A program made the position numbers and the translations under genes. From the NCBI GenBank assembly GCA_902539295.1, contig CACBIM010000004.1, forward strand, positions 12,504 to 76,503: a stretch of 64,000 bases of DNA, in the 5' to 3' direction. The notes below the pieces were generated by a model. The model did not search any database, was not told the origin of the DNA, and worked only from the letters and a program-made list of their open reading frames with translations. Below are positions 10,340 through 19,958 of this stretch, one piece after another. How positions within the stretch are numbered: position 1 is the first letter of the stretch; each line of letters begins with the position of its first letter. The stretch comes from an uncultured SAR116 cluster alpha proteobacterium. GTDB taxonomy: Bacteria; Pseudomonadota; Alphaproteobacteria; Puniceispirillales; GCA-002684695.

Positions 10340-10915
10340 ATGAATAATGACAATAAATTACCAATCTCATTGAATCTTAAACAAGTTAATCCCTTACCTG
10401 GCAGAATTAAAAAGTACTTTGATGTTTGTTTGGAAAAACTTGGCTTAATTCCAAATGTTCTTTTAGCATATTCTCATAATACAGATAAATTAGATACTTT
10501 CACAAATATGTATAACGAAATAATGCTATCAGATAGCGGTCTTTCAAAACTTCAAAGAGAAATGATTGCAGTAGTTGTATCTTCTCTGAATAAATGCTTC
10601 TATTGTCAAGTTGCACATGGTGCTTCAACTAGAGAATTATCTTCTAATCCAGAATTGAGTGAAGAGTTAATAATGAATTATAATATTGCTAATATAACCG
10701 AAAAAGATAAACTAATGCTTCAATTTTCAGAAAAACTTACTCTATACAGCCATACAATTGAAGATAATGATAGAGATTTGTTAAGGAAAGCCGGTTTTGC
10801 GGATGAAGATATTTGGGATATTATTTCCGTTGTAGGTTTTTTTAATATGTCTAATCGAATTGCTTCAGGAACAAAGATGATACCAAATAAAGAGTATCAC
10901 TCAGCAGGGAGATGA
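10340..10915 (+). CDS. AhpD-core / carboxymuconolactone decarboxylase family peroxidase-related protein
   Basis: 191 aa with the CFYCQVAH (CxxC..H) motif characteristic of the AhpD-like fold. Confidence 0.7.
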   Translation: MNNDNKLPISLNLKQVNPLPGRIKKYFDVCLEKLGLIPNVLLAYSHNTDKLDTFTNMYNEIMLSDSGLSKLQREMIAVVVSSLNKCFYCQVAHGASTRELSSNPELSEELIMNYNIANITEKDKLMLQFSEKLTLYSHTIEDNDRDLLRKAGFADEDIWDIISVVGFFNMSNRIASGTKMIPNKEYHSAGR

Positions 10916-12316
10916 TTAATCATTTTTCCTTGAAATAGTATATGATTCATCGTTAAACCAAAGACCACCATACTTTTTGAGAGCTTTTTGGGTAATTGAT
11001 AAATAATCTACTGACTTCATAGCCGCTTCCAATCTCTGTTCATCAATTTGACCAACATAAGTTGCTGCGTTCCATGCTGCAAATAGCGTTGAGGTTCCAA
11101 TACTAGCCTCTAGCTCACTGGGTAAAGAGTGCATGGTATATTTAAAAATTGATCTATTATCAGAATTTGCTTTTATATTATAATGCCTTGCATCTGATCC
11201 AAGTTCGTTTTTTACAGCTTTTAAAAGAGAGTGTCTATCACTTACAAAAGGATTATCATTTGGCCATATCTCTTTCAAAATTTGGTGACCTGGATCATCT
11301 CCACTTGAATGAATTCCAATAAGCCTTCCACCTCTTCCCAATGATCTCACTAAAGGTAATAGTACGTTTCTTGACTTTACTTCCGATGAAACTCTTAACC
11401 TGTAAGGCTGAGATGCTAAAACTAGATCGTAATCAGCTTTTTTAATATCTTGCTTTGGAATAACATCGCTTAATAAAAATTTATGATCTTCACGATAAAT
11501 AATTAAGACTGTTGGTCTTTCATAAATTGGATTTCCTGTTTTAGGACTATGTCCTGCTTGCCAATTTTCATCAAGAAAGCCCCTCAATTCACTCAGTTGC
11601 TCTGCAAACTCATGAGAAGAACCTCCCTGAAGTGCAACTTCTTTCCATACCATGGAATTAGATGAAGCCATAGATTTAGGCTTTAGCCAAGGAGCTTCAG
11701 AGTAAAACAGATTTGTAAACACAAGGACAGATGCTGGATGCTCAAACAATCTATCAGACATTTTTGAAAGACATATTCTTACATCTTCAAGACTAATCTC
11801 TTTTCCTGAAATATAAAAAGGCATTGTGGGATATCTATGGTGCATTTCTCTCATCACGCCAGCCAATACAGTTCCATCACCCATCCCAGCATCAAATATT
11901 CTTATTGCTGGAGGTTTTGGTTTAATGTGACCAAGTTCCATACCTATTCTTTTTGAAATAACTTCTTTTTCGCTACATGTAGAAACAAAAAGTAAATATT
12001 TTTGCCTGTTATCAAAAAACCTAAAATTTTTCTTTTTGGACTTGCTCTTTTCATCAAAAATATTTTTATCATCAACGTTATCTTCTTTAGGCAAAACATG
12101 AAGATTTTGGTTATCAATTTCTAAAGATTTGATGTTGCCAGAACTATTTATAAATTTTTTCACTTTTTCAAAAGTTTCAGGAGTAACTCTTGCACCAGTT
12201 CTTAATCTTGAGACAAATTTACCATCGTTAACAGCTTTTCTCCCAAATGTTGACTCAGCCATTTTATGTTCTTTGCAAAATTCAATAACAGCTGTGAGTA
12301 ATTGATCCTTAGACAT
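10916..12316 (-). CDS. Hypothetical protein; N-terminal helix-turn-helix-like segment plus methyltransferase-like core
   Basis: 466 aa. The N-terminus MSKDQLLTAVIEFCKEHKMAESTFGRKAVNDGKFVSRL looks HTH-like. The segment IRIFDAGMGDGTVLAGV resembles SAM-binding motif I. No confident family assignment can be made by eye. Confidence 0.35.
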   Translation of the reverse strand: MSKDQLLTAVIEFCKEHKMAESTFGRKAVNDGKFVSRLRTGARVTPETFEKVKKFINSSGNIKSLEIDNQNLHVLPKEDNVDDKNIFDEKSKSKKKNFRFFDNRQKYLLFVSTCSEKEVISKRIGMELGHIKPKPPAIRIFDAGMGDGTVLAGVMREMHHRYPTMPFYISGKEISLEDVRICLSKMSDRLFEHPASVLVFTNLFYSEAPWLKPKSMASSNSMVWKEVALQGGSSHEFAEQLSELRGFLDENWQAGHSPKTGNPIYERPTVLIIYREDHKFLLSDVIPKQDIKKADYDLVLASQPYRLRVSSEVKSRNVLLPLVRSLGRGGRLIGIHSSGDDPGHQILKEIWPNDNPFVSDRHSLLKAVKNELGSDARHYNIKANSDNRSIFKYTMHSLPSELEASIGTSTLFAAWNAATYVGQIDEQRLEAAMKSVDYLSITQKALKKYGGLWFNDESYTISRKND

Positions 12317-12383
12317 AAAAAATCTCCTTTAAGAATCATTTATCACATATTATAGGTGGGCATGTAACCACAAATATTTTTAC

Positions 12384-13385
12384 TTATTTTAGTGGGCTTT
12401 TGCCCACTTTTTGCATGGCTTTAATAGTATGGATAGAGTTGATAAAACTTTTTGCAGAAGCAATGTTTTTCCCTGCGATGTCAAACGCAGTACCATGATC
12501 TGGGCTTGTTCTCAAAAAATCTATTCCAATTGTTACATTAACCCCTTCGTCAATACCTTCATATTTTATTGGTATCAACCCTTGGTCATGATACTGAGAT
12601 ACAACAACATCGAATTTTCCATTTTTGGCATTCATAAATACAGTATCACCTGGGATGGGACCTATTGCATCAATCCCCATGTTTTGAGCTAATTTTATTG
12701 CAGGCTCAATTATATTTTTTTCTTCATTGCCGAATAGTCCATTTTCACCCGCATGTGGATTAAGAGCAGCTACTGCAATAACTGGATTTTCAATACCAAA
12801 TAGTTTGCATCCGAGATCAGCATTAATTATAGCATCAAGTTCATTTTGAATGGTTATTCTATCTAAAGCCTGCTTCATCGAGCAATGTAAAGTTACCAAC
12901 ACCGTTTTAATATGTTTATTGAGCAGCATCATAGAGACTGCTTTATTATTACTATAACCCGCAAGAATTTCTGTATGTCCAGGATAGTTAATATGTGCTA
13001 AGTTTAGAGCCTTTTTACTTATTGGAGCTGTTACAATTCCTGAAACTTTACCTTGCTTTGCAAGCTCTATAGATTTTATAATTGCGTCAAAGCTAACCTT
13101 GCCACACTCTTTAGAAATTCTACCATAATGAGGAAGATAGTTTAGCTTACTTGTTTCAAATAGATTGATATAGCCTTCTTCAAAAACAGCTTCAGATATT
13201 TCAGAAATCTTATTTATTGTGAAAGGCAATCTAAGATTTGTTATCAAACTATCAAAAACTAAACTGTCACCAAAAACAACAAAATGATTTAATTTTGTCT
13301 CAACAACAGATTTCAAAATAATCTCAGGGCCTATGCCTGATGGATCGCCCATAGTAATTGCCAATGGTGTTTCAAAATTTTTCAT
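12384..13385 (-). CDS. pdxA: 4-hydroxythreonine-4-phosphate dehydrogenase family (PdxA/PdxA2)
   Basis: 333 aa with motifs GDPSGIGPEI, NPHAGENG and QYHDQGLIP. Confidence 0.8.
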   Translation of the reverse strand: MKNFETPLAITMGDPSGIGPEIILKSVVETKLNHFVVFGDSLVFDSLITNLRLPFTINKISEISEAVFEEGYINLFETSKLNYLPHYGRISKECGKVSFDAIIKSIELAKQGKVSGIVTAPISKKALNLAHINYPGHTEILAGYSNNKAVSMMLLNKHIKTVLVTLHCSMKQALDRITIQNELDAIINADLGCKLFGIENPVIAVAALNPHAGENGLFGNEEKNIIEPAIKLAQNMGIDAIGPIPGDTVFMNAKNGKFDVVVSQYHDQGLIPIKYEGIDEGVNVTIGIDFLRTSPDHGTAFDIAGKNIASAKSFINSIHTIKAMQKVGKSPLK

Positions 13386-13459
13386 TAAATTCTAAAAAGC
13401 TATTAAAACTAATATTAATATATTAGTGTTAAATGATATTTTCAAAGTAATAAAAGTTA

Positions 13460-14695
13460 ATGAAATTAAGTCATAAAGAATTAGAAATACAATCTGGTCA
13501 GTTTGGGAAAGTAAGAAAACTAGCTTTTGAACATCAAATGCAAGTAGGAAAATTTTTTGATGCTCAAAGTTTTGTAGAAATTAGCCAAGTTCATATTATG
13601 GCTGATACTGAGGCATTAGGCTTAGCTGGGATTGAATATTTAGAAAATCTTGCACAGTACCCTGATCCACAAAAAAAAGTTTGGGTACCAACAATTACAG
13701 ACCCTAGAGGCTCTGATTTAAAATCTTTCAAGAAGATAAAACAAAACAAAAGATTTGTGGATATGGAGAAAAGAGCAATTGATGCCTTTAAACAGCTAAA
13801 TGTAATGATGACAGACACATGCATTAACTATCAAGTCTTTATGCCTCCTGTTAAAGGAGAACATTTAGCCTTTGGTGATACTGGCTCTAGTATTTATGCA
13901 AACAGTGTTCTTGGCGCCAGAACTAACTTTGAAGGTGGCCCCTCTGCGCTTGCCGCTAGCTTAACTGGAAGAACTCCAATGTATGGTCTTCACTTAGAAC
14001 AAAATCGAATTCCAAATAAATTTTTTAACTTAAATGTAAGACCAACTAATTTTAGTGACTGGGGTGCTCTTGGAGGAATAATTGGAAAACAGATGAATTC
14101 TTACTGGGATATACCAATAATTTATGGCATTGATTTTAAGCCAACTTCAGATGAGTTAAAGCATTTTGGTGCTGCTATGGCTTCATTCGGTTCAACACCT
14201 ATGTTTCATATAGTGGGAGTTACGCCTGAAGATCATTTAGCTCAGAATAAAAATCCTAAAATGAATAAAATTTCATTATCTGACTTAAATAATTTTTATA
14301 AAAGTTATTTACCAAAAGATGATCATTTGGATGTTGTCGTATTTGCAGCACCTCAATTATCTCTTAATGAAATGAGAATACTTTCAGAACTTTTAGATGG
14401 AAAAAAAATCCATCCAAAAGTTTCATTGCTTGTATGTACTCCTTCAGCAGTGAAAGTTTTATGTGATAAAAATGGAATATCAAAAAAAATAGAAAATTCT
14501 GGTGGGATAATTTTGGAGGGAGTTTGTTTCTATAATATGCATGCTAGAGAGATTGGCGAAGCAAATGGCTGGAAAAGATTAATGAGTAATTCTGCAAAAA
14601 TAATTAATATTTTAGGTGGTTATGGTTATGAAACTATACTTAATTCAATGGAAAAATGTGTTATTTCAGCTTGCCAAGGAAAAATAGTCAAATGA
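13460..14695 (+). CDS. Aconitase X catalytic (large) subunit, DUF521 family
   Basis: 411 aa. AcnX-type pattern (..TDPRG.., ..GDTGSSIYANSVLGARTN..). It is followed by the DUF126 swivel subunit through an ATGA stop/start overlap. Confidence 0.75.
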   Translation: MKLSHKELEIQSGQFGKVRKLAFEHQMQVGKFFDAQSFVEISQVHIMADTEALGLAGIEYLENLAQYPDPQKKVWVPTITDPRGSDLKSFKKIKQNKRFVDMEKRAIDAFKQLNVMMTDTCINYQVFMPPVKGEHLAFGDTGSSIYANSVLGARTNFEGGPSALAASLTGRTPMYGLHLEQNRIPNKFFNLNVRPTNFSDWGALGGIIGKQMNSYWDIPIIYGIDFKPTSDELKHFGAAMASFGSTPMFHIVGVTPEDHLAQNKNPKMNKISLSDLNNFYKSYLPKDDHLDVVVFAAPQLSLNEMRILSELLDGKKIHPKVSLLVCTPSAVKVLCDKNGISKKIENSGGIILEGVCFYNMHAREIGEANGWKRLMSNSAKIINILGGYGYETILNSMEKCVISACQGKIVK

Positions 14696-15117
14696 AAGAA
14701 AATGTTTACTTTGGACATATTGGAATTGGAGAACCTGTAAAAGGTGAAGCTCTTGTGGCAGATGATAATTTTAGCGCACGATACGATTTAGATAGAATTA
14801 ATGGTATTTTTTCTAGAAAATCCCACAAACTTTTTAATCAAAGTTACGTAAATAAAATCCTAGTATTAAACGTTGCGAAAGGTGGCGTTGCAACCGCATG
14901 GATGTTTAGAAGTATGAAAATTTCTAAAATATGCCCTAAAGCATTATTACTTAACTTTGCAAATCCAATAATTGCTCAAGGGGCAGCTCACGCAAACCTT
15001 CCACTTATTGATAGATTTAAAAGTGATATTACAAAAATAATTAAAAGTGGTGACATTATAAAGTTAATTCCAAAAGAAGGAAAGGTTGAGGTTCTAGATG
15101 ACAAGTCAACAAACTGA
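14692..15117 (+). CDS. Aconitase X swivel-domain (small) subunit, DUF126 family
   Basis: The ORF track starts at 14656. The ATG at 14692 overlaps the upstream stop (ATGA) and gives MKENVYFGHIGIGEPVKGEALV.., the usual DUF126 N-terminus. Confidence 0.7.
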   Translation: MKENVYFGHIGIGEPVKGEALVADDNFSARYDLDRINGIFSRKSHKLFNQSYVNKILVLNVAKGGVATAWMFRSMKISKICPKALLLNFANPIIAQGAAHANLPLIDRFKSDITKIIKSGDIIKLIPKEGKVEVLDDKSTN

Positions 15118-15457
15118 AGAGTATATTTATAAGATTTGCTCTACCAAGAACTGGAAGATTGCGAAACAAATAGGAGTATTTAAAGGCTTTGGAATAGATT
15201 TAATTGACGGCTACATACATTTTTCTTCTAAAGATCAAGTAAAAGAAACAGCCAGACTACATTTTAATGGGGAAAAAGAATTACTATTATTAAAAATAGA
15301 AACAAAAAATCTTGAGATAAAATGGGAAAAATCAAGAAATAATCAACTTTTCCCTCATTTATATGACGAGTTGCCACTTTCTGAAATTGTTTCAGTTTTT
15401 GAATTGAAACTTGATGAAAATAACAATCATCTTTTTCCTTCTTATTTAGATGATTAG
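15098..15457 (+). CDS. DUF952 family protein
   Basis: 119 aa with ..DGYIHFSSKDQV.. and ..WEKSRNNQLFPHLY.., a pattern typical of DUF952. It overlaps both neighbouring genes. Confidence 0.65.
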   Translation: MTSQQTEEYIYKICSTKNWKIAKQIGVFKGFGIDLIDGYIHFSSKDQVKETARLHFNGEKELLLLKIETKNLEIKWEKSRNNQLFPHLYDELPLSEIVSVFELKLDENNNHLFPSYLDD

Positions 15458-16349
15458 TAAATTTAAAGATTTTAATAATAAATCGTCAACACTAATACTA
15501 GCGACAATTGTTATGATTGTATCAGGCTTTTGTGCTTCTTTAGCAGCGGCTTTGGTGCGACTTGCTTCACAGGATTTACATCCCTTTCAAATAGCATTTT
15601 TCAGAAGTGTATTAATTATCCCCTTACTTTCACCTTTAATATTCAAATTTAAAATTGATATTATTAGAACTGAGAGACCTCTACTCACATTCTACCGATG
15701 CATTTCAGGAAGTGGGGCAATGTTATTTTTTTTTTATGGAATTAGTTTAACAGAGCTCTCAAAAGCACAGTCCTTGGCATTTACAATACCTATCTTCGCA
15801 ACATTACTTGCAATTTTAACTTTAAAAGAAGTGGTAGGATTAAGAAGATGGGGAGCAATGTTTTTTGGTTTTGTAGGCGTTATAATTGTTTTAAGACCAG
15901 ACCTAAATGTTTCAATAGGCCCAGTTTGTGTTCTTGCAGCTTGCGTATTGTGGTCAATATCACTTTTGTTAGCAAAAAAATTAACAGAAACTGACGGAAA
16001 TATTTCGATTACATTTTGGCAATCTGCAGGAGTGATACCTATCACGTTTATAGCTGCAATTTTTGTTTGGGATGGGATAAATGGAAAACAATTATTTTTA
16101 GTTTCATTAATTACAATAGTTGCAACCATAGCTCAATTTTCACTTAATTATGCCTTGAAGAGAGGTGAGATTTCATTTTTGCTACCTTTAGATTATTTAA
16201 GGCTGATATGGGCGGTTTGGTTAGGATATATAATGTTTAGTGAAATACCTCTTAATAATATTTGGATTGGCAGCACTATTATAGTTGCATCAACAACATA
16301 TATTGGAATACGTGAGAATTACCTTAATAGTAATAAAACTAAAAGTTAG
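15450..16349 (+). CDS. EamA/DMT family transporter
   Basis: 299 aa with about 10 predicted TM helices in two EamA-like halves. Confidence 0.75.
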   Translation: MISKFKDFNNKSSTLILATIVMIVSGFCASLAAALVRLASQDLHPFQIAFFRSVLIIPLLSPLIFKFKIDIIRTERPLLTFYRCISGSGAMLFFFYGISLTELSKAQSLAFTIPIFATLLAILTLKEVVGLRRWGAMFFGFVGVIIVLRPDLNVSIGPVCVLAACVLWSISLLLAKKLTETDGNISITFWQSAGVIPITFIAAIFVWDGINGKQLFLVSLITIVATIAQFSLNYALKRGEISFLLPLDYLRLIWAVWLGYIMFSEIPLNNIWIGSTIIVASTTYIGIRENYLNSNKTKS

Positions 16350-16362
16350 ATTATAAATTTTA

Positions 16363-16848
16363 TCAGCAAGCTTTAAAATTATTTTTCACACATTTATCAG
16401 CTAAGTTAATTGCAATCTTTTGATCATTTTCATTTATTTCATTAGATAGAAGCTTAAGTAAAGTCACAGCATCACTATCACCATGCAGACTTGCAATTCT
16501 CCACCACATATACGCTTTAATTTTATTTTGATCAATTCCCATTCCCTGATCATAAATATAGCCTAATGATACTTGTGCAGGTGTGTATCCACTTTCAGCT
16601 GATTTTTTAAACCAGCTATAAGATAATAGAAAATTCATTTCTGTTCCTTCACCTTTTTGAAGCATTACGCCTAGACTATTTTGAGCAATTGGATCACCTT
16701 CAATTGCTAATTTTGACCAAATATCAAATGCCAGTTGATAATCTTTATTTTTATATGCATCAAAACCTTTTAAGATTCCGTCAGCTAAAACAGATTTTGA
16801 GCAAATTAAAAAATTTAAGCTAAATAAAACAATTAGTAATTTTTTCAT
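16363..16848 (-). CDS. Secreted Sel1-repeat protein
   Basis: 161 aa. Signal peptide MKKLLIVLFSLNFLICSKSVLA, then repeated Sel1-type units (..AQNSLGVMLQKGEG.., ..AQVSLGYIYDQGMG..). Confidence 0.75.
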   Translation of the reverse strand: MKKLLIVLFSLNFLICSKSVLADGILKGFDAYKNKDYQLAFDIWSKLAIEGDPIAQNSLGVMLQKGEGTEMNFLLSYSWFKKSAESGYTPAQVSLGYIYDQGMGIDQNKIKAYMWWRIASLHGDSDAVTLLKLLSNEINENDQKIAINLADKCVKNNFKAC

Positions 16849-16921
16849 ATATTAATAATAAATGCTTTTATGATGAAATAGATATATAACTAATATATTA
16901 ACGTTTTGAATAGAGGAAATA

Positions 16922-17884
16922 TTGTTAAATGTTGTGAATGTTTCATTAATTAGTATTTTTTGTGCAATTGGAGCTTCTTTTTGTTTTTCGTTAAGTGATT
17001 TTACAATAAAAATTCTTAGTAGTTCCTACCCACTTCACCAAATAATATTAATAAGATCAGTTTCTGCATTTTTATTTACTATATTTCTTTTTGTACCTCT
17101 TGAAGGAGGCCTTTCATCTCTTAAAACAAGGCGGCCTTTTGCTCATTTATTCCGTGGCTTTCTTTTAGTTTTTGCAAATTTATTTTTCTTTCTAGGATTA
17201 GTATCTTTACCTATTGCTGAATGCTCAGCAATTTTTTTCATAGCTCCAATATTAATTACAGCTCTTTCTTCAATAATCTTAAAAGAAAAAGTTGGCATCA
17301 GAAGGATAATAGCGCTCATAGTAGGTTTCCTCGGCGTATTGGTAATTATAAAGCCTGGTCAAATTAGTTTTCAATGGGTATCAATGTTGCCACTTTTAGC
17401 AGCTGTTTGTTATGCAGGACTTCATATAATGACTAGACAAATGGGCCTGTCAGAGAAAGCTTCCACTTTAAGTATTTATATTCAGTTATCTTTCATAATT
17501 GTCAGTATTCTTATGGGTTTATCACTTGGAGATGGCCGTTTTTCAGGGCAAGAAAATAGTTCTTTAGAGTTTTTAGTTAGAGGGTGGTTATGGCCCAATA
17601 ATTATCACTGGTTAGCTATGATTGGCATTGGTATAGCAAGCTCAGTTGGTGGTTACATGATATCCCAAGCTTATAGATTAAGTGAAGCTGGACTTATAGC
17701 TCCATTTGAGTACACTTCTTTGATATTGTCTGTCTTTTGGGGCATTATTATTTGGAATGAATGGCTTAACCCACTCTCAATTATAGGAATATTTTTAATC
17801 ATTGCATCGGGCGTTTATATTGCAATTCGCGAGGTTCAAGTTGGTGTCAAACCAAGTGCAAAAAGAGCATCTGGAAGGAGGTAA
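16922..17884 (+). CDS. EamA/DMT family transporter
   Basis: 320 aa polytopic membrane protein with two EamA-like halves. The start is TTG and is uncertain. Confidence 0.7.
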   Translation: MLNVVNVSLISIFCAIGASFCFSLSDFTIKILSSSYPLHQIILIRSVSAFLFTIFLFVPLEGGLSSLKTRRPFAHLFRGFLLVFANLFFFLGLVSLPIAECSAIFFIAPILITALSSIILKEKVGIRRIIALIVGFLGVLVIIKPGQISFQWVSMLPLLAAVCYAGLHIMTRQMGLSEKASTLSIYIQLSFIIVSILMGLSLGDGRFSGQENSSLEFLVRGWLWPNNYHWLAMIGIGIASSVGGYMISQAYRLSEAGLIAPFEYTSLILSVFWGIIIWNEWLNPLSIIGIFLIIASGVYIAIREVQVGVKPSAKRASGRR

Positions 17885-17907
17885 ATAAATACTAAAAAGA
17901 ATTATTA

Positions 17908-18588
17908 CTATCCAGTTTCATATTCAATGCCGTCTATGATTAATTTAGGGCTAGTTCCGACATCAATAATTTCAGGCCTTTTTTCAAGATATTCATCTAC
18001 TTTTGGAAGTTTTTCAAATGCCTTCATAAAAGATGTGACCCTCGAGTACCCATTTAAAACCTCTGGATCAAGAATTTTAGCTAATGAAAAATGATGATAA
18101 GCTGAGAAATCACAATAATATGGTTTATCACCAAAAAAGAATGGGCCATCTGATAACTTTTCAAACTGCCTTGAAAAATTTTTTAGTTTTCTTGGAAACG
18201 CTTCTAGAAATTGTTTTTTTAGGGCTTTATGTTGTTCGCCTGTCACTACGTTAACTGTTGGATTTAATGGAAAAAATAATTCATGCGTACTTTCAAATAT
18301 TGCGTCAACTTGAGCCGCCACTAATCTGTCATCTGGCATTGTTCCAGTAAGCGGCGCTAAAAACCTCACTATTGAATTACTTTGCCAAATTTCAGTGTTT
18401 TCATTTACTATAAGCAAGGGAAGCTGATTAAATGGAGCATCATTTTTGGCTTCTTCCCAAGATTTTTTAAAATAGTCTTCAGCCATAAAATAATTATAAT
18501 TTAATCCAGCAAACTCCATCATCATTTTAGGAGCTTCAGCTAAGGCTCTAAGTTTAAAATAAATTAATTTTAAATCAGGTTTATCCAT
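17908..18588 (-). CDS. Glutathione S-transferase family protein
   Basis: 226 aa. Thioredoxin-like N-domain (..FNQLPLLIVNENTEIWQSNSIVRFL..) plus a helical C-domain. Confidence 0.7.
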   Translation of the reverse strand: MDKPDLKLIYFKLRALAEAPKMMMEFAGLNYNYFMAEDYFKKSWEEAKNDAPFNQLPLLIVNENTEIWQSNSIVRFLAPLTGTMPDDRLVAAQVDAIFESTHELFFPLNPTVNVVTGEQHKALKKQFLEAFPRKLKNFSRQFEKLSDGPFFFGDKPYYCDFSAYHHFSLAKILDPEVLNGYSRVTSFMKAFEKLPKVDEYLEKRPEIIDVGTSPKLIIDGIEYETG

Positions 18589-18844
18589 AATATTTCAAAA
18601 TCCCTTTTTTGAATAAATTCTTTACTTATATTTCCTTAATAACATCTTGGTAAAAAAGTAAATTTGTCAGTTGTAAAATACACATATTTTCCATTCAGTG
18701 TTAATCTCTTATATCCATCCAAATTACAAACCTAAAAATCAAAAGGTATTATTATGTTTGTGAGTTGACAGATTAAAGCAAAAACTTAACATGAAAATTA
18801 AATAAAATAAAATCATCAATGAATTTATAGAATTGGGAGGAAAC

Positions 18845-19891
18845 ATGTTAAAAAAAATATTAATTAGTTCTTTTGCTGGCTTTGCTTTGTTAAGCAGTGC
18901 TGTAAACGCACAAGTAAACCTAACTGCTGAGACTGCAAGCCCAGGTGGAGCAACGCATCTTTCGCCAGCACATATGACAGAAATTGCTGGTACCAAGGGT
19001 ATTGCTAATATTCAGCTAGCTGATGGACAGACTTTAACCAACTCGATCCAAAATGTAGCAGAAGGCAAAACAGATATTGCTGCAACTCCATATATTCTTC
19101 CATTTCTAATGAGCAGAGGTGTTGGACCATATGGCTCTTTAGGAAAAGAAAAAGGAGCCGAACTCGCAGAGAATTTAAGAGCGATAAACCCTTTTACTTT
19201 AGGTATATTTTTTCTATATGCGTATGATGCAAAAAATATTGGTGGATGGGATGACCTGAAGGGTCGCAAAATTTACAATGGTCCACCACGTGGAGGAGCT
19301 CTCACTAATGCCCGTAGTATGATACAAATTATTACTGGCCTAAAAGATGGTGAAGATTACGAAGGCTTGCAGGTTAACTGGGGGCAACAAGTTACTCTTG
19401 TAACAAGTGGTGAGCCAGATGCTATGGTTTTGCCAGAGTTATTTCCTGGGTCAAATTTAACATCTAGTACAGCTGCTGGCAAAATGACTGGTTGGTCAAT
19501 GCCAAAGGCAGTATATGAAGGTGAGACAATGCAAAATTATATGCAATCTCCTGGCAGCGCACCTTTCACTATTGAACTTGCCCAGCTGAATTCAATTATG
19601 GGGGACGACTGGAATTTCGTATCAGAAGATGGAACTTTTAGAGCATTTGCTACTATCGGTGGCAATGTAGTTCACAAGGATATGGATGAAGAACTTGTAT
19701 ATAATCTAGTATCAGCATATGTAGCTACTCTTGATGCTTTAAAAGCAAAGGCTCCTTTTGGAGATACAGTTGGCTTTGATGCTCCTATGCAAGGCATGTG
19801 TGGTAAAAATCCACTCAAATATCATCCTGGTGCAGCTCGCGCATGGATGGATGCAGGCTACAAATTAGATGAGTGCGCATTAGTAAAATAA
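18845..19891 (+). CDS. TAXI-family TRAP transporter solute-binding protein
   Basis: The ORF-track start at 18833 is TTG. The ATG at 18845 is preceded by GGGAGGA and gives the signal peptide MLKKILISSFAGFALLSSAVNA. The ..GGATHLSPAH.. pattern is typical of TAXI receptors, and the gene sits upstream of a fused TRAP permease. Confidence 0.8.
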   Translation: MLKKILISSFAGFALLSSAVNAQVNLTAETASPGGATHLSPAHMTEIAGTKGIANIQLADGQTLTNSIQNVAEGKTDIAATPYILPFLMSRGVGPYGSLGKEKGAELAENLRAINPFTLGIFFLYAYDAKNIGGWDDLKGRKIYNGPPRGGALTNARSMIQIITGLKDGEDYEGLQVNWGQQVTLVTSGEPDAMVLPELFPGSNLTSSTAAGKMTGWSMPKAVYEGETMQNYMQSPGSAPFTIELAQLNSIMGDDWNFVSEDGTFRAFATIGGNVVHKDMDEELVYNLVSAYVATLDALKAKAPFGDTVGFDAPMQGMCGKNPLKYHPGAARAWMDAGYKLDECALVK

Positions 19892-19906
19892 AGCTATATA
19901 TAATAT

Positions 19907-19932
19907 AATTAGCACCTTAATTGGTGCTAATT
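19907..19932 (+). promoter_or_regulatory. Intercistronic 10-bp hairpin between the TAXI binding-protein and permease genes
   Basis: AATTAGCACC-TTAATT-GGTGCTAATT is a perfect inverted repeat 16 nt after the binding-protein stop. No strong U-run follows it. It may act as an mRNA stabiliser or partial terminator. Confidence 0.5.
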
Positions 19933-19958
19933 ATATTTGTAAAATTTTAACACTTTCA

